Of a DNA stretch of 46,757 bases, positions 13,876 to 24,591 are shown piece by piece (within the stretch, counting starts at the first letter, position 1; each line of letters opens with the position of its first letter). Origin of the DNA: Polyangiaceae bacterium (GTDB lineage Bacteria > Myxococcota_A > Polyangia > Polyangiales > Polyangiaceae); the NCBI GenBank assembly GCA_044376115.1, contig JBILLK010000045.1, forward strand, positions 1 through 46,757, read 5' to 3'. A program made the position numbers and the translations under genes. A model generated the notes under the pieces. The model was given only the letters and a program-made list of their open reading frames with translations. It made no database searches and had not been told where the DNA came from.

Positions 13876-16800
13876 AGATCCGCGACTACCTCGAGTGGCA
13901 AGACGACACCGATCTGGATGCGTTCATCACGCGGCTCGGGGACACCGCGGACCGCGTTCGTCAGAACGTGCAGCAGTACGTCGTCGGGGAGAAGGTTCGC
14001 GTGCGGCTCGACGCGATGCTGCAGACCGTGGGCGAGCGCTTGGAGGACAACCGCGACGTTGGTCGCTACATCCACGGCGCGTTCGGCTCCGGTAAGTCGA
14101 ACCTGCTGACCGTGCTCAGCAAGATGCTCGAGCGCGACGAGATGGTCTACGACCTCGGGCACCCGGCGTTGCGCGAGCTGCGGGCCAAGCACCCTTGGCT
14201 CGACAAGCACCGTACCTTGGTCGTGCGCATCAACATGATGTCGTCCCACTCGCTGACCCGGGCGCTGTTCGAGGGCTACAACGCCTCGTTGCCAGTGGAG
14301 GTGCCGAAGCTCACGTTCACAGATGAAGAGCGCGTCTTTTCACTGATCGAGCGGGACGCAGAGCGGCTCGGTGGAATGGCCGCGCTGCTGGAACAGGCGG
14401 CAAAAGATGCAGCCTTCGACAAGGTCCCGGAGATGCCCCAGAGCATGCCCGGCGCGATGTTCGTGGAGTTCTACGAGCGCATGCGGCGTGGGGATAGGGA
14501 CAAGCGCTTGGCCTTGGCAGCGGCGTTGCAGAACTGGCGCAACCACGGGGACAGCGCGATCCACGCGGACGACCTTTGGGTCGACGCGCGCCAGGGTCTG
14601 GATCGCATCGCGCGGCATGCCAAGGAGCACGGTTTCACGGCGATCGCCTGGCTGATCGATGAGCTGGTGATCTGGATCCGCGGCCGGACCCGTGCCGAGT
14701 ACATCCGAGAGATCAATCACCTGTCTGCGCTGGTCGACCACGACGCCGCGCGGGTGCTTCCCTTCTTCGTCGCGGTCGCCGTCCAGATGGATATCTCGCG
14801 GACTTGCCCGGAAGATCTCTCGCAGAAGGACTTCCAAGAGCAGCTCGGCTTCATCCGCGATCGATTTCAACCGCAGCTGGAGCTCGAGGATCAAGACTTG
14901 TACGAGGTCGCTGCCCAGCGCGTACTCGCCCGCAAGCGTGAGCTAGCCCCTGCCGACCGCAAGGCGTTCGAGGCGGCGATCGACGCGGCGTTTCAGAAGC
15001 ACGCGGACAAGATCGGTGGCCTCTCGGGCGGGCTCTCCCTGGACCTCGTACGCAGGCTCTATCCGTTCAATCCTGCGCTTCTGCGCATCCTGGTGGATGT
15101 AACGCAGGCCTTATCGCGCAACCGCACGGCCATCGCCGCACTCTATCGGCTGCTCAACAAACACGCCGACATCGAGGTCGGTCAATTTATCCCGGTCGGC
15201 GCGCTGTGGGACTTCGTGTTCGAGCCCAACAACGTCGCTTACGTGAAGGGTAACGGCGCAAGCAAGCTGTGCCAGCGGCTCGCCGACACCTACGAGACCT
15301 ACCTGCGGCTCGAACCCAAGCTCGAATCGGTCGCGCAGGAGACCGGTGCAACCGTGCATCAGCTGCAGCAGGTGGTACGCACGGTGCTGCTATGTCAGCT
15401 CTCCGACCGTGGCTACTTCCCCGACGGCCGCTCCTTGGGAGATCGGCTCACCGCGTCGATGCTGCTCCATCTCAACGAGACCGACATCCGCGCGCTCGCG
15501 CAGCGCACCGGGATCAGCAAGGTAGCCTCGTGGTTCCGCGCGATCAGCGGCGTAGCGCCCCACGTCCAGGTGAGCGCAGACACCGACCCGACAGTGAGCA
15601 TCAAGATCGAGCAGCTCGACATCGAGCGCGTGCTCAACTTGGCTCGCTCGCAAGTCAGCCACTCGCACCGCTTCGCCTTCATGCGCAGGCTGCTGATCGA
15701 TCAGCTCGGGCTGGAGCTCGGCACCTCGAACGAGGGACCGGTCGAGGTAACTTGGCGCGGTACGAAGCGTCGGGGACGCGTGCGGCTGGCCAACGTGCGG
15801 ACGCTCTCCTACGCCGGGCAGACCAACGAGTTTGACCCCGGCAAAGATGAGTTCCTCATCCTGATCGACTACCCGTTCGACGAAGACGCTGGTTGCTCAC
15901 GACAGGACGACATCGAGAATTGCCAGCGTGCTCGCGCTCGCGGGGCAAACTGGACGGTCGCCTGGCTTCCGGAGCACCTAAGCCCAGCGGAGTTTGAAGC
16001 CCTGACCAACGCCGCCGCGGTGGATCTGATCCGGCAAGACGCGCGCGCAGCCTTCCAAGACCTGAACCCGCGGGAGGCCGACGCTGCGTCCCGCATGCTC
16101 GAGGGTTACTTGGTCGCGCGTGAACTTCAGCTCAAGGAGGCGCTACGTCGCTTGTTCTTCGAGCAAGGGCAGATCCACGGCATGCGCAAGTCGCTCGACG
16201 GCATCGAGTCCACGGGACTTGACCTAAGCAGTGCGCTGGACCGTCTCGCCAAGACGGCGCTCGACAAGCGCTACCCCAACCACCCGTCCTTCACGCGGCG
16301 GGTGACGCAGGCAGAGCTCAGCCTGGTCGCCGATTGGGTGATCCAAGTCGCCAAGACCGGCGCAACCAAGGACCTCCGCGGCTCGGAAATGCCATTTGTG
16401 GACGCGATCTTGCTGCCGCTCGAGGTGGCGCACAAGGCACCGGCCGGCATTACGCGCCGCACCGACGGACGCTACCTGGCTGCGATTGAAGGCTGGGTCG
16501 GCTCCAAGCGCCAGTTCGAGGCGCAGGAGCTGCGAGCGGCCCTGACAGCGGACGCGGACGGCGCTGAGGGCTGGGGCTTCGGCTTCACAAAGGAGATCGC
16601 CAACTTCTTCCTCTACTACCTGCTGCAGGTCACCGGCTTCGAGGCGCAAAGCGGCGAGCGGAGTGACACGGTGCACGCCCTCTCGGATGTCAAAGAGCGC
16701 TTCCGCCTCGTGAAGGAGGACGTTGTCGACGCGCCAGTCTGGGATCGGTCGCTCAAGGTGACCGAACGGCTCTTCGACTTGAAGCGCTTCGCAGATCTTC

Positions 16801-17603
16801 CGACGCCGCCCGAGCAGGCAAAGCTATGCCGAGACGTCGCGCTCAAAGCGCGCGAACTGCGTGATGCGGTTCGCGACTTCGACGTGAGGCTGCGAGAGGT
16901 CTGTAGCTGGGCCGGCGTGCCCATGAACGACTCTGGCAGGTTGCGAACCGCTTCCGAACTCTCAGCCTGGCTCGATGAGATGCTCGCCGACGGCGGGAAT
17001 GCCTCACGAGCACGCAGACTGGCAGCCTTGCATGCTGACGCGCGGCTCGAGGCCTTTGTTCGCTTCCGCACCACGCTGCCGGGGGAAGCGGGTGCGTTGA
17101 CCGCGGTTGCAGGCCAGCGCACCGCGTTCGAGCACCTGGCCTCTCACGGCAGCGAGGAGGACCGCACAACCGTCGTCCTCCGCTTGCGCAACCTGCTTGT
17201 GGATCCGGTGACCGTCGCGCTCCTCGCCGAGAAGGGGCCCGGCTGGATCGACGAGGCCAAGCGGCGCTTCGCCTCGGTGGCCACCGACTCCGCCGAGCAA
17301 GCGCGTGAGCACGAAGTGCGCGCGACTGTCGAGCGTCACGCCCGTGAAGCGGCGGAGGCCCAGGCCGCCGCTGCGCGTGAAGCGCAGGCAGCCGCAGAGC
17401 GACGGCTCGAGGAGCAGCGGCTTCGTGAGGAGGCAGACCGTGCTCGCTCGCGAGTCGTAAGCGGTTCGCGAGAGGCCATCGTCAAAAGGGTGCAGGCCGC
17501 CATCGAGGAGATGGTGCGCACCAAGCCAGCAGGCGCCGAGCTACGGGTGCGGATCGTGATTGACGAGGTCGAGGCGAACTCACGCGAGAGTGGGACGTCG
17601 TGA
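13872..17603 (+). CDS. pglY: BREX-2 ATPase PglY (BrxC family)
   Basis: Walker A GAFGSGKS, Walker B WLIDEL, YPFNP, SRNRTA. 1243 aa, positioned between pglX and pglZ. Confidence 0.88.
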   Translation: MKIRDYLEWQDDTDLDAFITRLGDTADRVRQNVQQYVVGEKVRVRLDAMLQTVGERLEDNRDVGRYIHGAFGSGKSNLLTVLSKMLERDEMVYDLGHPALRELRAKHPWLDKHRTLVVRINMMSSHSLTRALFEGYNASLPVEVPKLTFTDEERVFSLIERDAERLGGMAALLEQAAKDAAFDKVPEMPQSMPGAMFVEFYERMRRGDRDKRLALAAALQNWRNHGDSAIHADDLWVDARQGLDRIARHAKEHGFTAIAWLIDELVIWIRGRTRAEYIREINHLSALVDHDAARVLPFFVAVAVQMDISRTCPEDLSQKDFQEQLGFIRDRFQPQLELEDQDLYEVAAQRVLARKRELAPADRKAFEAAIDAAFQKHADKIGGLSGGLSLDLVRRLYPFNPALLRILVDVTQALSRNRTAIAALYRLLNKHADIEVGQFIPVGALWDFVFEPNNVAYVKGNGASKLCQRLADTYETYLRLEPKLESVAQETGATVHQLQQVVRTVLLCQLSDRGYFPDGRSLGDRLTASMLLHLNETDIRALAQRTGISKVASWFRAISGVAPHVQVSADTDPTVSIKIEQLDIERVLNLARSQVSHSHRFAFMRRLLIDQLGLELGTSNEGPVEVTWRGTKRRGRVRLANVRTLSYAGQTNEFDPGKDEFLILIDYPFDEDAGCSRQDDIENCQRARARGANWTVAWLPEHLSPAEFEALTNAAAVDLIRQDARAAFQDLNPREADAASRMLEGYLVARELQLKEALRRLFFEQGQIHGMRKSLDGIESTGLDLSSALDRLAKTALDKRYPNHPSFTRRVTQAELSLVADWVIQVAKTGATKDLRGSEMPFVDAILLPLEVAHKAPAGITRRTDGRYLAAIEGWVGSKRQFEAQELRAALTADADGAEGWGFGFTKEIANFFLYYLLQVTGFEAQSGERSDTVHALSDVKERFRLVKEDVVDAPVWDRSLKVTERLFDLKRFADLPTPPEQAKLCRDVALKARELRDAVRDFDVRLREVCSWAGVPMNDSGRLRTASELSAWLDEMLADGGNASRARRLAALHADARLEAFVRFRTTLPGEAGALTAVAGQRTAFEHLASHGSEEDRTTVVLRLRNLLVDPVTVALLAEKGPGWIDEAKRRFASVATDSAEQAREHEVRATVERHAREAAEAQAAAAREAQAAAERRLEEQRLREEADRARSRVVSGSREAIVKRVQAAIEEMVRTKPAGAELRVRIVIDEVEANSRESGTS

Positions 17604-20170
17604 CAGCCGTCTTCGGCGAGCGCGTCCTCGATTGGATGGTGCGCCGCCTCAATCAGGCCGTGCGGCTCGAGCATGATCTCGTGCTGATCCACGACAATCC
17701 CGCGCTCGCAGACGTGCCCGCGAAGATCGAGATCGCTGCGGAGCCGTGGCGGGTGGCGCGCATCACAGGCGAACTCACCCTGCGTGACGCGCTGCCCGAG
17801 GCAGACCGGCTGATCGCGATCGTCCCTGCGGAGATGCCACCGCTGCCGATGGACATCGCCGCGCGTACGTACCTGCAACGCATCCTCGACATCCGCTCTG
17901 AGGATGTCGTGGCCGCGCTGTCTACGCGCTTTTGCGAGGCGCTGGTGGATGAGAGCCTAAGCAAGGCGGTGTTCGAGTCGATCGACACGCTGGTGTCGAC
18001 CGCCGAGCGTTGGAGCCTTGGCAGCGGCCTCGTGACCGCGCGTGAGGTGCGCTCGATGTTGGTCGGTGCGCAGCTCGGGGCGGCGCGCTTGGATCGCGAG
18101 CGGGATTGGGAGCTGCTCGCGCGCTGGATCCTGGAAGGCGCCCCAACCTTCCGCGTGCCGACCTTGGTCCGAGCGGCCCTCGAAGAGGCGCAGCCACGGA
18201 CCGGCGCGTTGCTTGGTTGGGCGCTCACCGACGGCAGCCTCGAGCTGCTTTGTACGGCGGGGGCCTTGCTGGCCTCGCCCGAGGGCGCCGCCCTCGCGCC
18301 GACAATCCCCGGGCTGGCGAAGAGCGATAGCACCCACCTGATCGAGCTGGTCGACACCGCGTTGCGCGAGGTGTGGCGTCAGAGTCAGACCCGCGCCTCA
18401 GAAGTCCTGGGACAAGCCGAGCGCACCGTTCGACAGGCACCACACGTCAGCCTCGACGCGGGTAAGCATCGCTTGCTGCGCATTCCGCTCGAGACAGCGT
18501 TGAGCCAGGCCGCCAATCGCGCAGCCGAAGGCAATCCCCCGGATGACGTGACGATCGAGAGCCTGAAGCGCAACTTGCATGCGCCGGCGCTCGCGGAGTC
18601 CATTAACGCTGTCGCCGACCTGGCGCGGCTCGCTCGCTTCAACAAGATCGCTGCGCCTTCGACCCAGGCCACGCAGCCGTGGTTCGAGCACGCCCTGCGT
18701 GACGTCGCGTGGTCCGACCTAGCCTCTCGGCGCGTGAAGCGGGCGCTGACGACCATCCCTGCGTGGCTCAGTGATCCTGCAAAGCGCGTCCTCGATCTTT
18801 GGACCAGCAAGCGGGACAGGCTGAACCAGGCTTTCGCCGGGACAATCGCGACTCACTGGGCAGCGCTCGCACGCAATACCGACACGCGGCAGGCGCTACC
18901 GCTGCATCAGCTAAGTCGCTGCATTGTGCGACGCCTGCTCGACGACGGCGGACGCGTGCTCTTGGTGGTGCTGGACGGATGCGACCTGGCGTCGTGGCTC
19001 GAGATCATCGAATCGCTGCCAGCCGATGCACGGATCGGCCTGAGCGTGCCTGAGGTGCGAGACGCCGTGTTGCGAGATGACCTCTCGGCGATGGGCGCCT
19101 TCTCAGCCGCCGTGTCGGCGATACCCACGGTGACGAACCACGCTCGTCGCGCGCTCTTCGCGGGGGAGATTCCGGGCAACACGGCGCTTGATGACACCGA
19201 GTCGGCGGCTGCCAACGCCACGGCGGACGCTGCCGCGTGGAAGCGCAATACCGCGCTGGGTGACACCCCACGCCAGCTCTTCCTCAAGGGGGAGCTCGGC
19301 ACGACGGGGCAGCCGCTGCTCGATGCGCTGCGAAGCAAGGAAGCTCGCTTGCTTGGGGTCGTGTTCAACGGCGTCGACGACGCGCTCTCGAGCAAAGAGA
19401 CGACCTTGATGCCACGCTGGTCGCTTGCCGCGCTCGGCGCCGGAGCCGCGGAGGCGATCCCGCTCGCGCTCGACGAGGGATGGACGATCATCGTCACGGC
19501 CGACCACGGCCATACCCCGTTCGTGTCCAGCGATCGCAAGGTCGCTGGTTCGGGGCTCGGGCATCGCTTTGCGGCCGAGCCAGGCGATGGAACCGTCGCT
19601 TTCGCAAACGGACCGTTGCCAAAGCAGCCGCTTCACCTGCTGGCGCGCTTCGGCGCTTGGTATGGGCATCAGCGGCGGGGCTTTCACGGCGGGGCGAGCA
19701 TCGAAGAGGTCGCTGTACCCCTCGCCTTCCTTGGTCGCGTGCGTGGGCCGCAGGAGGGCCGTCCACGTGCGCCGTCCTGGTGGTGGACGAGTGAGTCACA
19801 CGAGAGCCCAGACCTTCGCGTCGTTGTGGCGCGGCCCGAGCCCGAACCGGCGGCTCCGAAGTCTGTTCGACCTCCGCCCCCGCCGCGTCCGGCCGCAGTG
19901 CAGACCACGCTCACGTTCGATCTCGACCCCAGGCTTGAGTCGCTTTCGGCAGACGAGAAGGCCGTGATGAGCCTGCTTGCAACCAACCAATCCGTGCGCC
20001 TTAGCGCCATCGCCCTGCACACCAAGCGTTCACCGATGCGCGCCTCAGGCTTCATGCAGCAACTCGTACGCAAGCTGCACGAGCTTGGCGTTCCTTGCGT
20101 AACGGTGGAACTCCTATCAGACAATGATCGCCTGTATCGCTACAGCACACCGGACCGAGGATCGCGATGA
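17600..20170 (+). CDS. pglZ: BREX-2 PglZ (alkaline phosphatase superfamily)
   Basis: VVLDG, IPTVT..AR, VDD, TADHGH, HGGASIEE, then a Pro-rich linker and a wHTH-like C-terminus. Confidence 0.92.
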   Translation: MTAVFGERVLDWMVRRLNQAVRLEHDLVLIHDNPALADVPAKIEIAAEPWRVARITGELTLRDALPEADRLIAIVPAEMPPLPMDIAARTYLQRILDIRSEDVVAALSTRFCEALVDESLSKAVFESIDTLVSTAERWSLGSGLVTAREVRSMLVGAQLGAARLDRERDWELLARWILEGAPTFRVPTLVRAALEEAQPRTGALLGWALTDGSLELLCTAGALLASPEGAALAPTIPGLAKSDSTHLIELVDTALREVWRQSQTRASEVLGQAERTVRQAPHVSLDAGKHRLLRIPLETALSQAANRAAEGNPPDDVTIESLKRNLHAPALAESINAVADLARLARFNKIAAPSTQATQPWFEHALRDVAWSDLASRRVKRALTTIPAWLSDPAKRVLDLWTSKRDRLNQAFAGTIATHWAALARNTDTRQALPLHQLSRCIVRRLLDDGGRVLLVVLDGCDLASWLEIIESLPADARIGLSVPEVRDAVLRDDLSAMGAFSAAVSAIPTVTNHARRALFAGEIPGNTALDDTESAAANATADAAAWKRNTALGDTPRQLFLKGELGTTGQPLLDALRSKEARLLGVVFNGVDDALSSKETTLMPRWSLAALGAGAAEAIPLALDEGWTIIVTADHGHTPFVSSDRKVAGSGLGHRFAAEPGDGTVAFANGPLPKQPLHLLARFGAWYGHQRRGFHGGASIEEVAVPLAFLGRVRGPQEGRPRAPSWWWTSESHESPDLRVVVARPEPEPAAPKSVRPPPPPRPAAVQTTLTFDLDPRLESLSADEKAVMSLLATNQSVRLSAIALHTKRSPMRASGFMQQLVRKLHELGVPCVTVELLSDNDRLYRYSTPDRGSR

Positions 20171-21513
20171 ATCGCATCGACGCTGAAGACATCGTGCAGG
20201 CGTTGCGAGGCGGCGTGGTGCCGCGTCGTGGGCTCCACCACCTCGCGACCGGTACGGAGGCTTTGATGCGCGCGGTCGAGCAAGAGCTCGACTTCGTCGC
20301 GACGGGCAAAGGCACCGACAAGTGGATCCGCGGGGAGTACGGGAGCGGTAAGACGTTCGCGACCCGTTTACTTTGTTCGCGCGCGCGCGATCGCGGCTTC
20401 GCTACCGCAGAGGTGCAGATCTCAATCAGCGATACACCCTTGCATCACCTCGAGACGGTCTATCGGCGCTTGATCGAGCGGCTCGAGACGTCTGCAGACG
20501 GCGCTGGTGCATTTCAGAGCATCGTCGACTCATGGCTCTACCAGGTCGGAGACGAGGTCCAGCGGCTCGAAGGGATTGCTGAGGATGATCCTCGCTTGGC
20601 CGACGCGACCGAGAAGCGGCTCGAAGACAAGCTCGCCGCCCTTGCACGGCAGAACCAGACCTTCCCGGCCGTGTTGCGCGCCTACCACCGAGCGATGCAT
20701 GAGGGAGATTTCGCCACCGCTCAGGGCCTCATTGCGTGGCTCTCCGGGCAGCCGCACGTCAGCGCCAAAGTCACCGCGAAGGCCGGTATCCGTGGCAAGG
20801 TGGACGGTGCGGCGGCGCTGAGCTTCCTCGCCGGCCTTTTGTGTTTGCTCCGGCAGACGGACCGGCCGGGACTGGTGGTTGTGCTCGATGAGGTCGAGAC
20901 CATCCAGCGTATGAACGCTCAGGTTCGAGAGAAGGCCCTCACCTCCCTCCGTCAGTTGACCGATCAGCTCGCCAATGAGCACTTGCCGGGCCTATACCTG
21001 GTCGTGACGGGTACCCGGGATTTCTTCGAGGGCTACAAGGGGCTCAAAACGGCTCCTGCGCTCTATCAACGGGTCAACGTGACCTTCGACGCAGACGCAC
21101 AGTTTGACAATCTCCGCAGAAGGCAGGTTCGGCTTACGGCCTTCGACTCGAGCCGGCTGCTCGAGGTGGGCCGTCGCGTCCGCGATCTGTACCCAGCGCA
21201 GGCGCCGGATCGCGTGATGGAGCGGGTCTCCGACGAGTTCCTTCACGCGCTCGTGGAGAAGGTCACGTCCGCGTTCGGCGGCAAAGTAACGGTGGTGCCT
21301 CGAGTGTTCCTCCGCGAGCTGATCGACATCATCGATCGCGTGGAGCAGCACGAGGCGTATGACCCAGCCTCGCACTACAAGCTGGAGGTTAATCCGGGCG
21401 TGCTGTCTGACGAGGAGCTCGCTGCGAAAGAGGGCCGCGAAGTCGACGTGTCCGAAGTCGAGGTAAACGAGCGCGCAGAGAAGGCCGACCCCCCTCGCCG
21501 GCTCGACGGCTAG
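20167..21513 (+). CDS. brxD: BREX ATP-binding protein BrxD
   Basis: ALRGGVVP, Walker A GEYGSGKT, Walker B VLDEVE. 448 aa, follows pglZ. Confidence 0.92.
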   Translation: MNRIDAEDIVQALRGGVVPRRGLHHLATGTEALMRAVEQELDFVATGKGTDKWIRGEYGSGKTFATRLLCSRARDRGFATAEVQISISDTPLHHLETVYRRLIERLETSADGAGAFQSIVDSWLYQVGDEVQRLEGIAEDDPRLADATEKRLEDKLAALARQNQTFPAVLRAYHRAMHEGDFATAQGLIAWLSGQPHVSAKVTAKAGIRGKVDGAAALSFLAGLLCLLRQTDRPGLVVVLDEVETIQRMNAQVREKALTSLRQLTDQLANEHLPGLYLVVTGTRDFFEGYKGLKTAPALYQRVNVTFDADAQFDNLRRRQVRLTAFDSSRLLEVGRRVRDLYPAQAPDRVMERVSDEFLHALVEKVTSAFGGKVTVVPRVFLRELIDIIDRVEQHEAYDPASHYKLEVNPGVLSDEELAAKEGREVDVSEVEVNERAEKADPPRRLDG

Positions 21514-21516
21514 CCG

Positions 21517-24255
21517 ATGTCCGACGCGAGCTCCGGCTTCTTCCGACTCCACCCCAACCTGCAGCACGCGATCGTGCACGATCTCGGCTGGCGGGATTTG
21601 CGGCCCGTACAGAGCCTGACGATCGACGCCGTGCTCGATGGGGCCAACGCGGTCGTCCTTGCTCCGACGGCTGGAGGCAAGACCGAAGCGAGCATCTTCC
21701 CGGTGCTCTCTCGCATCCTGTCCGAGGAGGCGCGTCCGGTCGCAGCGCTCTACGTGTGCCCAATACGCGCGCTGCTCAATAACCAGGAGGAGCGCCTGCA
21801 AGCGTATGCGCGCATGGTCGGGCTCTCGGCGTTCAAGTGGCATGGGGACGTGAGTGACTCCAAGAAAGCTCGCTTTCGAACAGATCCTGCGCACATCCTA
21901 CTGACCACGCCTGAGTCGCTCGAGGTCATGATGATCAGCGAGCGAACCGATGTGAAAGCCCTTTTCGGTGGGCTGCGCACGGTGATCGTGGACGAGGTGC
22001 ATGCCTTCGCCGCAGATGATCGCGGGGCCCACCTCGCGGCGATCCTCGAGCGCTTGGTTCATATCGTCGGCCGAGACATCCAGCGCATTGGGCTCTCGGC
22101 AACCGTTGGAAACCCGCAGGTGATCGGCCAATGGCTTCAGGGCTCGAGCGCGCGACCCTTTCGTCTCGTCGATCCTCCCAAGGGTGCGCCCAATCGCCAG
22201 CTCAGCATCGACTTCGTCAACGATCTGGGCGAGGCCGCCGCGGGCATCACCGCGATCGCGCGCGGAAAGAAGAGCCTGGTCTTCGTCGAGAGCCGCGCAC
22301 GAGCCGAGAAGGTCGCGCATTCGCTAGCCGGCTCGGGTGTCGAAGTGTTCATCCACCACAGCTCGGTCAGCCGCGCTGAACGCCAGCTCGCGGAGAAGCA
22401 GTTCACCGAGGGGAAGAACACCGCGATCGTTTGTACCTCTACGATGGAACTCGGCATCGACGTCGGCGATCTCGATCACGTGCTGCAGGTCGACGCGCCC
22501 GGCTCTGTGGCCTCGTTCCTACAGCGATTGGGCCGCACTGGACGCCGCGCGGGTACGCGGGCGAACCTCAGCTTCTTTTGCACCAAGCCCGAGTCGCTGT
22601 TGCAGGCCGTGGCGGTGGGACGGCTAGCGCATGCCGGTTGGGTCGAGGATGTTCGTCCCGCAGCGCACGCGGCGCACGTCCTAGCCCACCAGATCCTCGC
22701 GCTGACCTTGCAAGAGGGCGGGCTGTCGCGTCATCGCATCCTCGAATGGGTCGAGGGTGCGTATCCGTTCCACGGCATCGGCAAGGCGGAGCTGTTCCAA
22801 ACCCTCGAGACGATGCTCGAGAAGAAGATCCTCCACGAGTCCGACGGCGTGCTCTCGCTCGGCTCCCACGGGGAGAAGCTCTACGGGCGAAAGAACTTCT
22901 TCGAGCTGTACGCCGTCTTCAGCTCGCCCCCGATGTTGCGAGTGCTCTTCGGTCGTGAAGAGGTTGGCTACGTGCAGGCCTCGTTCATTCAAGCCCACGA
23001 TGGGCGCGGCGGCGCGCTCTGCTTTCGACTCGGCGGCAGGGCTTGGCAGGCCAAACGCATCGATTGGTCCAAGGCGGCGATCTACGTCGAGACGGCCAAG
23101 GTCGGGCAAGTGCCGTCCTGGCTCGGGGGTACCAACGTCATCTCCTACGAACTCTGCCAAGCGATGAAGGAGACGCTGCTAAGCGATGACACGCCGGGCG
23201 TTCACCTTGGGATGCTCGCGACGATGGAGCTCTCGACGCTTCGTAACTCCTATCGCAGCCTGTTCGAGGATGGTCCAGCGCCGCTCGAGCAAACGAGTGA
23301 AGGCGTGCAGTGGCATACCTTTGTCGGCGGTGCGATCCAGCGGCTGCTCGCCGCAGGGCTTGAACATCTCACCGGCAAGAAGTGGGTCGCCGGCAACCTG
23401 AGCGTGAAGTCGAAGGACGCATCGCTCACCGAGACCATGGAGGCCCAACGCAGCTTGAGCGGCCTGGATTGGGACGCGATCGCCCGTGAGCGGGCACACG
23501 CCACCGTGCGCGGCGTGATCAGCAAGTTCCAGCCGTGCTTGCCCAGCGCAGCCGAGGACCGGCTACTCGCCGAGCGGCTCTTGGATTTGCCCGGCGCGTT
23601 GCGCTTTCTCGCCCAACACCGGCCGATCGTCGCAGCCCGCTCCGGCATTGCGCCCAACATCGAAGAGATCAGCGTCGAGCATGAGGCCTCCTACGTGCTC
23701 AAGCCGCTGCCGATCGCGGGCGCGGCCTACGAACTCAGGAACCCAATCCACTTCGTGGCCGATGCCGCAGCGTTGGAGACCGCCGTCGCCGACATGATGG
23801 CCGCACCCGTGCTCGGACTCGACGTCGAGACCGCTCTCGACTTCCTCACCGTCTGCCTGATCCAGATCGCAACACCGACCCGGACCTGGATCATCGACAC
23901 CCTCGCATGTCGCGTCTTGCACCCACTCAAGCGTGTCTTCACGTCGCAGATCCCCAAGCTGATCCACAACGCCAAGTTCGAACGCCGCGCCCTCGCCCAA
24001 TTCGGCTTCGAGCTCGAAGCCGTCGAGGACACACTGGTGCGGTCGAGAGAGGTCCGCGGCCCCGGAGCGATCGGCGGCCACTCCCTAGCCACGGTCGCAG
24101 AGCGCGAACTCGGCGTGTTTTTGGATAAGAGTGAGCAGACCTCCAACTGGGCGCGGAGACCGCTGAGTGAGGAGCAGATTCGGTATGCCGCGGCAGATGC
24201 GGAGATATTGCTCAGGGTCCGCGAGCAGCTGTTGATCGCCAACAAAGAAGCCTAG
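21517..24255 (+). CDS. brxHI: Lhr-like helicase BrxHI with a fused C-terminal DEDDy 3'-5' exonuclease domain
   Basis: Helicase motifs PTAGGKT, DEVH, SAT, TSTMELGIDVG, QRLGRTGRR. C-terminal LGLDVET, HNAKFE, YAAADA. Confidence 0.88.
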   Translation: MSDASSGFFRLHPNLQHAIVHDLGWRDLRPVQSLTIDAVLDGANAVVLAPTAGGKTEASIFPVLSRILSEEARPVAALYVCPIRALLNNQEERLQAYARMVGLSAFKWHGDVSDSKKARFRTDPAHILLTTPESLEVMMISERTDVKALFGGLRTVIVDEVHAFAADDRGAHLAAILERLVHIVGRDIQRIGLSATVGNPQVIGQWLQGSSARPFRLVDPPKGAPNRQLSIDFVNDLGEAAAGITAIARGKKSLVFVESRARAEKVAHSLAGSGVEVFIHHSSVSRAERQLAEKQFTEGKNTAIVCTSTMELGIDVGDLDHVLQVDAPGSVASFLQRLGRTGRRAGTRANLSFFCTKPESLLQAVAVGRLAHAGWVEDVRPAAHAAHVLAHQILALTLQEGGLSRHRILEWVEGAYPFHGIGKAELFQTLETMLEKKILHESDGVLSLGSHGEKLYGRKNFFELYAVFSSPPMLRVLFGREEVGYVQASFIQAHDGRGGALCFRLGGRAWQAKRIDWSKAAIYVETAKVGQVPSWLGGTNVISYELCQAMKETLLSDDTPGVHLGMLATMELSTLRNSYRSLFEDGPAPLEQTSEGVQWHTFVGGAIQRLLAAGLEHLTGKKWVAGNLSVKSKDASLTETMEAQRSLSGLDWDAIARERAHATVRGVISKFQPCLPSAAEDRLLAERLLDLPGALRFLAQHRPIVAARSGIAPNIEEISVEHEASYVLKPLPIAGAAYELRNPIHFVADAAALETAVADMMAAPVLGLDVETALDFLTVCLIQIATPTRTWIIDTLACRVLHPLKRVFTSQIPKLIHNAKFERRALAQFGFELEAVEDTLVRSREVRGPGAIGGHSLATVAERELGVFLDKSEQTSNWARRPLSEEQIRYAAADAEILLRVREQLLIANKEA

Positions 24256-24591
24256 CGTTCAAGGACGTCGTTCAGGATTCCTGTCACCCTCACTCGTCAC
24301 CGCTCCGCCGCTGTGACGCGGTCCACCACTCGAAGAGCTTCGCGTGCAGATCGAAGGTCACGGACGTGCGTTGAAGAAGCTTTGGGGCGTCGAGGTTCGC
24401 GCAAAGCGCGTTCCCGAGCGCGACGTAGTTCCGATCGGAGTTCAGGCCGTTGCCGCGGTCATCTCAGGCGCTGGCCGTGAATCACATAGTCATCGCTCAA
24501 CCTCGACAAGCTTGTCGGTGGGTGAACCTGAGCCTAGTCCGCCACAGCTTCAACCGCGTACCCTCCGGTCCTCGAACGATAAGGGGACCGC

